Shown here: in pieces, positions 36,512 to 45,291 of the stretch
Layout: every line of letters starts with the position of its first letter
How positions within the stretch are numbered: the stretch's first letter is position 1
From: Candidatus Eiseniibacteriota bacterium
GTDB taxonomy: Bacteria > Eisenbacteria > RBG-16-71-46 > JABDJR01
Direction: 5' to 3'
Assembly (NCBI GenBank): GCA_963762255.1
Contig: CAVXKA010000003.1
Location: 160,001 to 224,000, forward strand
Length of the DNA: 64,000 nucleotides
Translations under genes and position numbers: made by a program
Notes under the pieces: generated by a model
Database searches by the model: none
What the model saw: only the letters and a program-made list of their open reading frames with translations
What the model was told of the DNA's origin: nothing

Positions 36512-38899
36512 TTGCGGGACCAGGTGACGCTCAAGCCCGGCGACAAGGTGCTGCACCGCTACAACCGGGACCTCGGTCCCGGCGAGGTGCTCGCGGTCGA
36601 AGGCGGCCGCCTGCGCGTTCGATTCCCCCGGCGCGATGAGACCCTTGAGTTCGCGGCCCGCGATCACGCGTTCGTGCCGCTCGTGCTTCCGGAGGGAACC
36701 GATCCCGCACGCTGGCACGAGTCGTTCCACGAGGACATGATCGAACGTCTCGCCCGGCTCGAGGTGGACCGCCTCCCCGCGTGGGAGAACCGCATGGACA
36801 GCCTGCGGCTCGCCCGACTGCGCGAGGCCGACGGGCTGGGATCGTTCCTGGGCGGGCGGATCCAGATCTTCCCGCACCAGCTCCACGTGGCCGAGCAGGC
36901 GGCGCGCACCGATCCCGTACGCTGGCTCCTGGCCGACGAGGTGGGCCTCGGAAAGACGGTGGAGGCCTGCCTCATCCTGAACCGGCTCCTGCGCACCGGC
37001 CGCGCCGAGCGCGTGCTCATCGTCGTCCCCGCCTCGCTCACTGTACAATGGCTTGGTGAATTGTATCGCAAATTCCACCAAATCTTTGTATTGCTCGATG
37101 AGGAGCGCCGGCGCGACGTGCGCAAGGACTTCGGGCCGGAGTGGAACCCGTTCGAGGTGCATCCCCGTTCCGTGATCGCCCTCGAGGATCTGGTCGGCTC
37201 GAACGATCTGGTGCGCCGCGCCGAGGCCGCGAAGCCCGACCTCCTGGTCGTGGACGAGGCCCACCATCTCGAACGCCGCGCCGGCCACCCCGGAAGCCTC
37301 TCCTATCGGGCGGTGGCCCCCCTCGCCGCGGCCAGCCGCAACGTCCTCCTCCTCTCCGCGACGCCGCTCGAGGCCGACGCCCATGGGTTCTTTCGTCTCC
37401 TCGAGCTGCTTCGCCCGGATGAGTACGGCTCGTGGGAGGAGTTTCGCACCCGCCTCGACGAGGGCGTGCCCCTGTATCCGTGCACGAGCGCCACGCGGCG
37501 CGCCGACATCGGCGGGCTCCCGCCGCGCGTGCCGACTCCGGTGGATCTGGCGTCGTGGCCGGAGATGGAAGCGATCGAGACCGCCATCCTCACCGAGCCG
37601 GCAACGGATCGTCTCGCGGAGATCCGCCGCGCCGAGCGTCTCGAACGCGCGCTGGATGCGCCCACCGGCGATGCTGACCCGCGCTTGCGATGGGTGCTCG
37701 ATCGGTACCCGGCGTGGAAGAAGTCGGGCGACAAGATCCTCCTGTTCGTCCACCAGCGCGAGTCGCTGGAATTTCTGAAGGGCGCGATCGAGCGCGCGAC
37801 CCTGCAGAGGGTGGGCGTCTTTCATGAGGATCTCACCCCCGCCGCGCGCGATCTCGAGGTGGCCCAGTTCGCTCAAGCAGACGGCCCTACGCTCCTCATC
37901 TCCACCGAGTCGGGGGGCGAAGGGCGCAACTTCGAGTTCTGCCGATGCCTCGTGCTCTTCGACCTGCCGTGGGATCCGGTGCTCCTCGAGCAGCGGATCG
38001 GGCGGCTCGACCGCATCAGCCGCCGGCGCCCGGTGGAAGTGTGCTACTTCCGCCCCCCGGAAGGCCTCGCCGCGCAGATCGTGCGTCTCTACGAGGCGCT
38101 CGGCATCTTCCGCGAGCCGCTCGGCGGGCTCGATCGTTCCCTCCACCACGTCGAAGACGCGATCCGCAAAGCCACCCACGCGCACCCGCCGCAGCTCGAT
38201 GTCGACGCCGTGGTGCGCGAGACCCACGAAGCCCGCGCGCGCATGAATCGAGCCCTCTATCACGACCTTCATCGCAATCGTTACCGGCCCGAACTCGCGG
38301 CGGAGATTCTTGCCCGCATCCCTCCCGATCTGGAGAGGCGCACCGCGGAGGTCGTGCTCGAGGCCTGCGGGCAGTTCGGGTTCGAGACCGTGCCCAAGGG
38401 CGGGCGTGGGACGTGGTACATCGAGTTCGGCTCGGAGGCGATGATCGAGAGCCTCCCGGGCGTGACCGAAGGCACGCGGTGGCTCGGCACGTTCGATCGC
38501 AGCGAAGCGGTGCAGCGCGAGACGCTCGACTTCTTCGCCTCAGGACATCCGCTCGTCGAGGGCGTCTTGCTCGAGCTGGAGGACGGCCATCGCGGACAGG
38601 TCGCGCTTCTGGAGGTTCGGGGCACGGGAGTGTCCGGCGGCGGCGTGCTGGCGATGGTCAAGCGGGGCGCCGAGTTCGAGGCGCTCGTGGTCGACCAGCG
38701 GGGACGCCGCCATCCCGAGTGGGCGCGCTTCTTCACCGAGGAGCGCGGCGCGCGGCGCGAAGGCGATCCGCTGAGCTGGGGGCTGGCCGGCGCCGAGGCT
38801 CTGGCCGTCTGGGCTCCCCGAGCGCGCGAGCTCCTGCATCCGCTGCAGCGGGAGGGAAAACTGGTGGCGGCGGCCGCGTTCCGGCTACTGCCCGACTGA
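36512..38899 (+). CDS. RapA/HepA-like SNF2 ATPase
   Basis: PHQLHVA, LLADEVGLGKT, DEAHH, SATP, STESGGEGRNF, LEQRIGRLDRI, RapA-like C-terminus TFDRSEA..HPLV. Confidence 0.85.
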   Translation: MRDQVTLKPGDKVLHRYNRDLGPGEVLAVEGGRLRVRFPRRDETLEFAARDHAFVPLVLPEGTDPARWHESFHEDMIERLARLEVDRLPAWENRMDSLRLARLREADGLGSFLGGRIQIFPHQLHVAEQAARTDPVRWLLADEVGLGKTVEACLILNRLLRTGRAERVLIVVPASLTVQWLGELYRKFHQIFVLLDEERRRDVRKDFGPEWNPFEVHPRSVIALEDLVGSNDLVRRAEAAKPDLLVVDEAHHLERRAGHPGSLSYRAVAPLAAASRNVLLLSATPLEADAHGFFRLLELLRPDEYGSWEEFRTRLDEGVPLYPCTSATRRADIGGLPPRVPTPVDLASWPEMEAIETAILTEPATDRLAEIRRAERLERALDAPTGDADPRLRWVLDRYPAWKKSGDKILLFVHQRESLEFLKGAIERATLQRVGVFHEDLTPAARDLEVAQFAQADGPTLLISTESGGEGRNFEFCRCLVLFDLPWDPVLLEQRIGRLDRISRRRPVEVCYFRPPEGLAAQIVRLYEALGIFREPLGGLDRSLHHVEDAIRKATHAHPPQLDVDAVVRETHEARARMNRALYHDLHRNRYRPELAAEILARIPPDLERRTAEVVLEACGQFGFETVPKGGRGTWYIEFGSEAMIESLPGVTEGTRWLGTFDRSEAVQRETLDFFASGHPLVEGVLLELEDGHRGQVALLEVRGTGVSGGGVLAMVKRGAEFEALVVDQRGRRHPEWARFFTEERGARREGDPLSWGLAGAEALAVWAPRARELLHPLQREGKLVAAAAFRLLPD

Positions 38900-39679
38900 C
38901 GCTCCCCAGATCTCCAGGCCTTTCTCGATCAGGATCGCGGTCCCGGTCACGAGGACCAGAAGCGCGAAGGCGCGCCGAAGCCGCTGCGGGCGCACCCGAG
39001 GAGCAAGCGTCGCTCCGACCAAGCTCCCGGCCACGCTGACGATGGCGAACGTGAGCGCGAGACTCCACCGGATCGGCACGTGGCCGAGAAACCCCACGAG
39101 GCCGGCCGCGCAGTTCATCGCGATCACCACGAGCGACGTGCCCACCGCCAGGTGCATGGGAAGACGGGCCACCAGGAGGAGCATCGGGACGATCACGAAG
39201 CCGCCCCCCACACCGAGGAGTCCGGTGAGCGCTCCGCCGAGCACGCCGTAGCCCGCCACTTTGGCCAGCGAGGCCTCGGCGCGGACCTCCGTCGCAATCG
39301 ACTCTCCGGAGCGCGCGCCCCCGCGCAGCATCGTCGCCGCCACGACCACCATGAGGAGGGCGAACGTCAGAAGGAGCGCCGCACCCGGCACCGCTTGCAT
39401 TGCTGCCACCCGGCCCCCAACCGACGCACCAACGATCCCGGCCACGCCGAAACCGAGCCCCACCCGCAGATCGAGGTTGCGATGATGCGCGTGGCGGAGC
39501 GCGCCGGCGGCCGCGGTCACGCCCACCACCACGAGCGAGGTGGCGATGGCGGTTTTCGGATCCAGGTGGAGGACGTAGACTAGGACGGGCACGGTGAGGA
39601 TGGAGCCGCCCCCGCCGAGGAGCCCCAGCGAGAGACCCACGAGGAATGCCAGGGGCGCGGCCAGAAGAAGTTCGAGCAC
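38885..39679 (-). CDS. Sulfite exporter TauE/SafE (TSUP) family protein
   Basis: GLLGGGGSILTVP and GLLGVGGGFVIVP repeats, AVGTSL; start placed at GTG 39679 after GAGGTG. Confidence 0.88.
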   Translation of the reverse strand: MLELLLAAPLAFLVGLSLGLLGGGGSILTVPVLVYVLHLDPKTAIATSLVVVGVTAAAGALRHAHHRNLDLRVGLGFGVAGIVGASVGGRVAAMQAVPGAALLLTFALLMVVVAATMLRGGARSGESIATEVRAEASLAKVAGYGVLGGALTGLLGVGGGFVIVPMLLLVARLPMHLAVGTSLVVIAMNCAAGLVGFLGHVPIRWSLALTFAIVSVAGSLVGATLAPRVRPQRLRRAFALLVLVTGTAILIEKGLEIWGASVGQ

Positions 39680-39826
39680 GCAACACCTCATGCCGGAGAG
39701 AGCTGGGACGCGAAGAATGGCGGGCCCGGCCCAAGCCGTCAACCGGCCCGTCCGTTAAGGGCGCGGGCCGCCGATGCCGAGAACTCCAGCAGGAGACGGG
39801 ACAGGTCCGTTTCCGGGGGGAGCATC

Positions 39827-41929
39827 ATGCGCGCGACATTCCTTGTGCTGATCGCCTGTGGGGTATTTGCCGCCGGTCCCCTCCACGCCGATACCTTCGA
39901 GCCGAACGATTTACCCGAGCAGGCCTACGGCCCGCTCGCCAGCGGTGTGACCATCCAGTCGATGATCTCCAGCGAGACCGACCAGGATTGGTACATGTTC
40001 GACGCCGACACGGGCGACCTGACGATCACGCTGACCGGAATTCCGCCCGGAATCGACTACGATCTCTGCCTCACCGACCGGTACGGCGAGTTTTTTCATG
40101 TCTGCTCGGACTCGTTGGGGAACGTCGACGAGCGCATTGACTACCTGGTCACCAGCCGAGATCGCTTCCTGGTTCGCGTGGCCCCCCCCGAAGGGGGGAC
40201 TTTCTCCCCCGTCATCGCCTATCACCTCACCGTCACCTTTGTCGCTATCGTGACTCCGCCCGCGGTCGCTCTCGTCTCGCCCAACGGCGGCGAGAGCTGG
40301 ACCGGCGGTACATCGCACGCCGTGCAATGGACGGCGGAAGATCTCGAGGACGGAACCGCGCTAGCCATCGATCTCGCCTGGAGCGCCGACGGTGGAACGG
40401 CTTGGTCGCCGCTGGCCACCGGTCTCGCCAACACAGGCTCCTGGACGTGGGCCGTCCCCAATTCGCCCACCGATCACGCGCGGGTGCGCGTCACGGCGAG
40501 GGACTCGGGTGGCGCGGCGAGCGCGGATTCGAGCGATGCGGACTTCGCCATCGTTGCCTCACAAGGCAACGCCACGCTCGCGATGGCTCGCAACGTCGAC
40601 GGCGCGGCGGGCTCGATTGTCTCCGTCCCGCTCACACTCGCCAACGACCGCGCCGTGGCCGACCTCGAAACCGTGATCGGATTCAATCCTGACCGCCTCG
40701 CCTTCCTCGACGCGAGCAGCGGCTCGCGCGCGACGGCGTTGCTCCTCACCGCAACGCCGCAGGGCGCCGGCCAGATCCACCTCGCCCTCTCCGGTGCTCC
40801 AGGCGCGAGCATTGCCGCCGGCACGGGAGAGATCGCGGTGCTGCGCTTCCGCGTCGATCACTTCGCAGCGGCCGGGAACACCGCCGAGTTGCCCTTGTCG
40901 CTTGCCCAGGCCCACGACGCGGGGGGCGTGCCGATGCTCCTCACCTCAACCGCCGGCCTCGTGACGGTGAACGAGGCGCTCGTCGCCCGGGTCGCCCTGT
41001 CCGTGCCGTCCGACTTGCACGTGGACGTGGGGTTGCCGCTGGCGGTGCCGGTCTCGCTCTCCGCCAACGTGCCTCTCACGCGACTCGAGTTCACACTGCA
41101 CTATCAACCCGACGTCATCTCGCTGCCGTTCGTCACCACCGGCTCCGCGCTGAGCAGCCTGCAGATGGACGTCTCCGACAACGGCCTCGGCGCGGTGCGC
41201 ATCCGCTTCACTTCAGTGGCCGGAGCGGTCGCGAACCCCGACTCCGGCGTAGTCTGCACCATCGCGTTCTCTTCCGCGCTCGACCCCACGCACAATGCCA
41301 CGCTCAGCTTCACCGAGACGCTGGCGCTGGGGCCGCGCGACGAGGTGGTGGCCGTCACCGCCATCGGTGCCGACGTTGTTCCGGTCACGCTGCTCGATCT
41401 GGCCGTCGACGATGAACCTGCCGGGGCACGGGTGCACTGGCAGGTCGCCGACGCGAGCATCGCGGCCGGCTATCGCGTACTGCGCGCCGGTGCGGGAGAT
41501 GCCGAACCGGTACACGACGGACTCTTGCCCGCCACAACCACAGAGTTCGTGGATGACACCGCCGTTCCCGGCGAGCGCTACCGCTACTGGATCGAGGCGC
41601 TCGGGCGCGACGGCTCGCTCGCCAAGTTCGGCCCCATCGAAATCGTGCTCGCCGCGCGCGGGTTATGGGCGGGACTCCCCTACCCGAACCCGGCGCGCTC
41701 AGGCGCGTCGCTGGACGTGCGCGCGTTCGCGACCGGCGACATGCGTGCGGCCATCACCGACGTGACCGGACGTGTGGTGCGCGAACTGGCGGGATCGGCG
41801 GGCGCGTCCATCCTCCACTGGGACGGCCGCACGGCGGCAGGCACCGAGGCCCCGGCGGGAATCTACTTCCTCGTGGTCACGCAGGGGGCGGAGCGGGAGT
41901 TGCGGAGGATCCTCAAGCTCGGAGGCTAG
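39827..41929 (+). CDS. Secreted non-catalytic protein: PPC-like, Ig-like, two cohesin-like domains, FlgD-type CTD
   Basis: DTFEPND..DQDWY..DYDL; SPNGGESW; two VPxxLx..LxF/Y-P-D repeats; YPNP..WDGRTAAG..GIYF. Confidence 0.75.
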   Translation: MRATFLVLIACGVFAAGPLHADTFEPNDLPEQAYGPLASGVTIQSMISSETDQDWYMFDADTGDLTITLTGIPPGIDYDLCLTDRYGEFFHVCSDSLGNVDERIDYLVTSRDRFLVRVAPPEGGTFSPVIAYHLTVTFVAIVTPPAVALVSPNGGESWTGGTSHAVQWTAEDLEDGTALAIDLAWSADGGTAWSPLATGLANTGSWTWAVPNSPTDHARVRVTARDSGGAASADSSDADFAIVASQGNATLAMARNVDGAAGSIVSVPLTLANDRAVADLETVIGFNPDRLAFLDASSGSRATALLLTATPQGAGQIHLALSGAPGASIAAGTGEIAVLRFRVDHFAAAGNTAELPLSLAQAHDAGGVPMLLTSTAGLVTVNEALVARVALSVPSDLHVDVGLPLAVPVSLSANVPLTRLEFTLHYQPDVISLPFVTTGSALSSLQMDVSDNGLGAVRIRFTSVAGAVANPDSGVVCTIAFSSALDPTHNATLSFTETLALGPRDEVVAVTAIGADVVPVTLLDLAVDDEPAGARVHWQVADASIAAGYRVLRAGAGDAEPVHDGLLPATTTEFVDDTAVPGERYRYWIEALGRDGSLAKFGPIEIVLAARGLWAGLPYPNPARSGASLDVRAFATGDMRAAITDVTGRVVRELAGSAGASILHWDGRTAAGTEAPAGIYFLVVTQGAERELRRILKLGG

Positions 41930-41979
41930 GCGCCGCGCCCGCGCGACTCGACTGGCTCCAGGCCATGATTCGTGAGAAT

Positions 41980-42058
41980 TGCTCACCCCGGGTGAGCATT
42001 CACATAACTCATTATACTTATATAGGTTACGTGGGTCCAGCCGGCTGGACTGGGGCAC
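41980..42058. repeat. Palindromic element, left copy
   Basis: TGCTCACCCCGGGTGAGCA (41980-41998) and GTCCAGCCGGCTGGACTGGGGCAC (42035-42058); related copy at 44483-44539. Confidence 0.55.
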
Positions 42059-42064
42059 TCGAAG

Positions 42065-44428
42065 CTAGTGATAGAGCGTGCTGATTCGACCCCAGGTCAG
42101 GGGTTTCGATTCCATTGCCCCGCAGCCGGCCGACGGGATGGCTCCAAGCGGGCCAGCGGGATGGGTGAGGGCTGGCGAGATGTCGGCGAGGGAAAAATCT
42201 CCAATGGAGCGGCCACAGAACATCGGGTCAGAGGCGACGTTACCGTCACCTTGCCACCATGTGGGGCAGTCTCCCGACCCATGCCCACCGCTATTCTCCC
42301 ACGCGAGGTTGTTGCGGATGACAGGGGCTGTACCACCCCCGCAGAGGATGCCTCCACCTTCCTGTGAATAGGCGATGATGTTTCGCTCGATCGTGTTATT
42401 GCCGGGGTAGTACACGGCGATCCCGCCACCGTAGGCATTCAGATGACCTGGGGCTGAGTTCTCGACGATCGTGTTGTTCACGATCTCCGAGTTGCTGTCG
42501 GTCAGGCAAACCCCGCCGCCGCTGCGCCCAACGAATCCATTCCCTCTTGCCGTGTTCTGATAGATGATGTTCCCTTCAATGACCACATAGCGAGTCGCCC
42601 CCGGCCCGGAAACATAGATCCCACCACCTTGATCTCCAGTCTCATTGCCCTGGATCAGGTTGTCATGAATCACTCCTCCAATCGCTCCCTCTACGTAGTA
42701 GATGCCCCCTCCATCCCCCCGCTCGACACGATTTCGCAGGATCTCATTGCCTTCTATCTCCGCGATTGTATTGAGACAGAGGATTCCTCCACCGATGCCA
42801 AACACATAGTTGTCACTAATCGAATTCCCACAAACTAAGGGCCTGGCTGGAGTTGCTGATCCACCAACACAGAGGATCCCGCCTCCGTCGTACGAACTGG
42901 AATTCCCGAAGATGCGATTGCCGCGGATGGTCGGATGTGAATTGAGAACTACAACCCCGTGCTGCCCCCCGGTCACGGAGAACCCCTCAAGTATCGTGTC
43001 TCGTGACTGGCCCCCCTCGATCGTCACCACCGTCCCGATCAGCGACTCCGGACTCAACAACAGCCCCCCCGAGGCGTCTTCTCCGAGGCTGATAGGCTCT
43101 CGGACACTGGTCACCGTGGTTGCTGAAGGAGATCCGTGGAGAACGGTCGTCTCGGGCCCCATCTCACTCCGGACGACAAGATCCTTCGTTCCGAAGGTGA
43201 TGTTCTCGTAGTATGTCCCCGGCCCAACGAGGACGGTGTCACCCGCTGCCGCGCTGTCGATCCCGGCCTGCACCGTCGGTGCGTCCCCCGACCCATCGAC
43301 CCGGATCACCCAGCTTCTCGGCACCCGCTTCACGTAGCCCGACACCCCGTTCGAGAGCTGTCCCCGGTTCCCGTCGAAGTCGGTGGCCCGCACCGCGAAC
43401 CACAGCGTCTTGGGAGCCGGGAGTCCCGTCAGCACCGCGGTCTGTATGACCCCGGGGTCCACGATAGAGACCGTCGCCTGGGCCGGGCTGGCGGCCGTCC
43501 AGCCAGCTTCATCTTCGATCCGGCTCTCCGCGTACCGGATGTCGTATCCGTCCACCTTGGCTTCGTCCCCGTCGTTGCCGGGGGCTGTCCACTGAAGCCT
43601 TGCGGCGAAGGTGCCCGTTTCGGCCACTTGGAGATCCGTGATCGTCCCCGGAGCCACTATGTCGGAGGGGGGGATCACCTCCAGGTCGTTCGACACCGCG
43701 CTCCACCGCCCGGCGTCGTCCCGCGCACGGATGGCCAGGTGCACTGGGATCTGCGGGTGCAACGCGGTGATCCGGAAGTGCTCCTCGGAGCGGGCCGCCT
43801 TCGGCGGATCGCAGAGCGAGATGGGGTCCGCTTGATCCCAGGTCACCTCGGTGATCGGAGAGGGTGACATGCGCAGGGCGTACTCCTCCGCCCACCCCGA
43901 CAGGCTGTCGTCACCAGGGGCGGTGAACACAAGCGTCGCCGCGTGGGGGGCGAGGTCCACCGCCCGCAAGTCGGCCACTCGCGCCGGCGGTGCGGGGTCG
44001 CCTGGTTCCACGCGCACCACGTTCGAGAACGCTGACCAGTTCGCCTCGGTATCCGCGGTGCGCAGGGCGAAGTAGTACGCCTGACCGGAGACCAGCCCTC
44101 GGATCGAGGCCCGATCGACGGCGCCCGCATTCCCGGGTGGGGCCATGGCCGAGTCGGCCTGAGCGGCCATCAGCCAGTCCGCGGCCGGTGTTGCGACCGC
44201 CACGCGCAAGTCATACTCGGCGGCCCGGCCTCGGTCTCCATCATCCCCAGGCGCGGTCCAAATCAGAACCGCCGTGGTCTCGGTGAACGCCTCGACCCGT
44301 AGGTCGGTCACCTGCGCGGGGGGCGTCGTGTCCGGGGCTTCGGAAGAGCAGGCGTGCATCACCAGCGACATCAATACAATGCCGGCCGCGAGAATGACGC
44401 TGATGGCCGTGGGCTTCTGGAGGTTCAC
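42065..44428 (-). CDS. Lipoprotein with three FN3-like repeats, right-handed beta-helix and C-terminal TWG motif
   Basis: LVMHAC lipobox; three (W/F)TAPG(D/N)D..Y.(L/I)R repeats; VLVGPGTYYE and GGGI/N-rich beta-helix; ends KPLTWGRISTLYH. Confidence 0.8.
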   Translation of the reverse strand: MNLQKPTAISVILAAGIVLMSLVMHACSSEAPDTTPPAQVTDLRVEAFTETTAVLIWTAPGDDGDRGRAAEYDLRVAVATPAADWLMAAQADSAMAPPGNAGAVDRASIRGLVSGQAYYFALRTADTEANWSAFSNVVRVEPGDPAPPARVADLRAVDLAPHAATLVFTAPGDDSLSGWAEEYALRMSPSPITEVTWDQADPISLCDPPKAARSEEHFRITALHPQIPVHLAIRARDDAGRWSAVSNDLEVIPPSDIVAPGTITDLQVAETGTFAARLQWTAPGNDGDEAKVDGYDIRYAESRIEDEAGWTAASPAQATVSIVDPGVIQTAVLTGLPAPKTLWFAVRATDFDGNRGQLSNGVSGYVKRVPRSWVIRVDGSGDAPTVQAGIDSAAAGDTVLVGPGTYYENITFGTKDLVVRSEMGPETTVLHGSPSATTVTSVREPISLGEDASGGLLLSPESLIGTVVTIEGGQSRDTILEGFSVTGGQHGVVVLNSHPTIRGNRIFGNSSSYDGGGILCVGGSATPARPLVCGNSISDNYVFGIGGGILCLNTIAEIEGNEILRNRVERGDGGGIYYVEGAIGGVIHDNLIQGNETGDQGGGIYVSGPGATRYVVIEGNIIYQNTARGNGFVGRSGGGVCLTDSNSEIVNNTIVENSAPGHLNAYGGGIAVYYPGNNTIERNIIAYSQEGGGILCGGGTAPVIRNNLAWENSGGHGSGDCPTWWQGDGNVASDPMFCGRSIGDFSLADISPALTHPAGPLGAIPSAGCGAMESKPLTWGRISTLYH

Positions 44429-44482
44429 GATCCGTAGGGTACTGCCCCGTCCGAACCGTGTCGATCCTCACGAATGCATAAG

Positions 44483-44539
44483 TGCTCACCCGGGTGATCA
44501 TCCCGCGTTGCACGAGTCCAGCTGGGTGAACTGGCGCAC
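44483..44539. repeat. Palindromic element, right copy
   Basis: TGCTCACCCGGGTGATCA (44483-44500) and GTCCAGCTGGGTGAACTGGCGCAC (44516-44539; 20/24 identical to the left copy). Confidence 0.55.
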
Positions 44540-44559
44540 CAGCATCGGCCCCGCCAGGG

Positions 44560-45291
44560 CTACGGCCTCGCGCCGCGCACCTCGGGCATCATCAGCTCCA
44601 GCCGCCTCCGCAGGTACCGCGCGGCCGCCATGAACGCGGCCTGGTTGGGATAGATGATCTCGTCGTCGCGAAAGCGAAACGCCCCCGAGCGCCCCTCGCC
44701 GTCCTTGTTGTAGCCCATCGCCAACCCGATGCGCTCACCTTGATACCGGAACGCCGCAAGCCCCACGATGCGCGTGTCGTCGAGCCGCCCGCCCATCACC
44801 CGGTCGAGCCAGCCGTCCACGTCCATCTCCGCGCGCCCTTCGCGCACGCCCCACACCCGCACGCATTCGAGCACCGCGGTCTCTCCCCCTCCGACATCCA
44901 GCCGCAGTGTGCCCAGATCCCACTCATCCAGGACCACACGCGGCGAGGCACGGAAGCTCCCCGGGTGATAGCCGAGGATGCTGTAGGGCACCGCGAGATC
45001 CAACGGCCCCGTGAGACCCGCCACAACCTGCGCGTGACCAGGTGTGTCGGTTGGATCCCGTCTGACCTGCGTGATGCGCTCGATGGGGAGTTGCGTCTTC
45101 CTTCCCGTCCGCGCGATCTCGGTGCGCAGCCGCGCTCCGGGCACGACGCCGTAGAGATTGCTCTCGGCCAGCCCAACCATGATCGCGAAGAACGGCTCCC
45201 GAATGCCGTCCGCCGCGGGAAGCGTGGGAGGCAAGGGCCGCGGCGGCGCGGCCAGAACCACGGCGGCTAGGATCACGGCGGGGAGCATCAT
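44560..45291 (-). CDS. Hypothetical exported protein
   Basis: Hydrophobic N-terminus; start overlaps the kgd stop (ATGA). Confidence 0.65.
   Translation of the reverse strand: MMLPAVILAAVVLAAPPRPLPPTLPAADGIREPFFAIMVGLAESNLYGVVPGARLRTEIARTGRKTQLPIERITQVRRDPTDTPGHAQVVAGLTGPLDLAVPYSILGYHPGSFRASPRVVLDEWDLGTLRLDVGGGETAVLECVRVWGVREGRAEMDVDGWLDRVMGGRLDDTRIVGLAAFRYQGERIGLAMGYNKDGEGRSGAFRFRDDEIIYPNQAAFMAAARYLRRRLELMMPEVRGARP

Noticed and set aside
36512-38899. SNF2 helicase as a DISARM/Zorya-type defence gene
   Set aside because: No methylase, nuclease or other defence partners nearby; motifs and C-terminus are RapA-like.
42001-42033. dif site or integron attC
   Set aside because: Only 4 nt separate the ATAA and TTAT-like half-sites (dif needs 6), and the element is too short and lacks proper RYYYAAC/GTTRRRY cores for attC.
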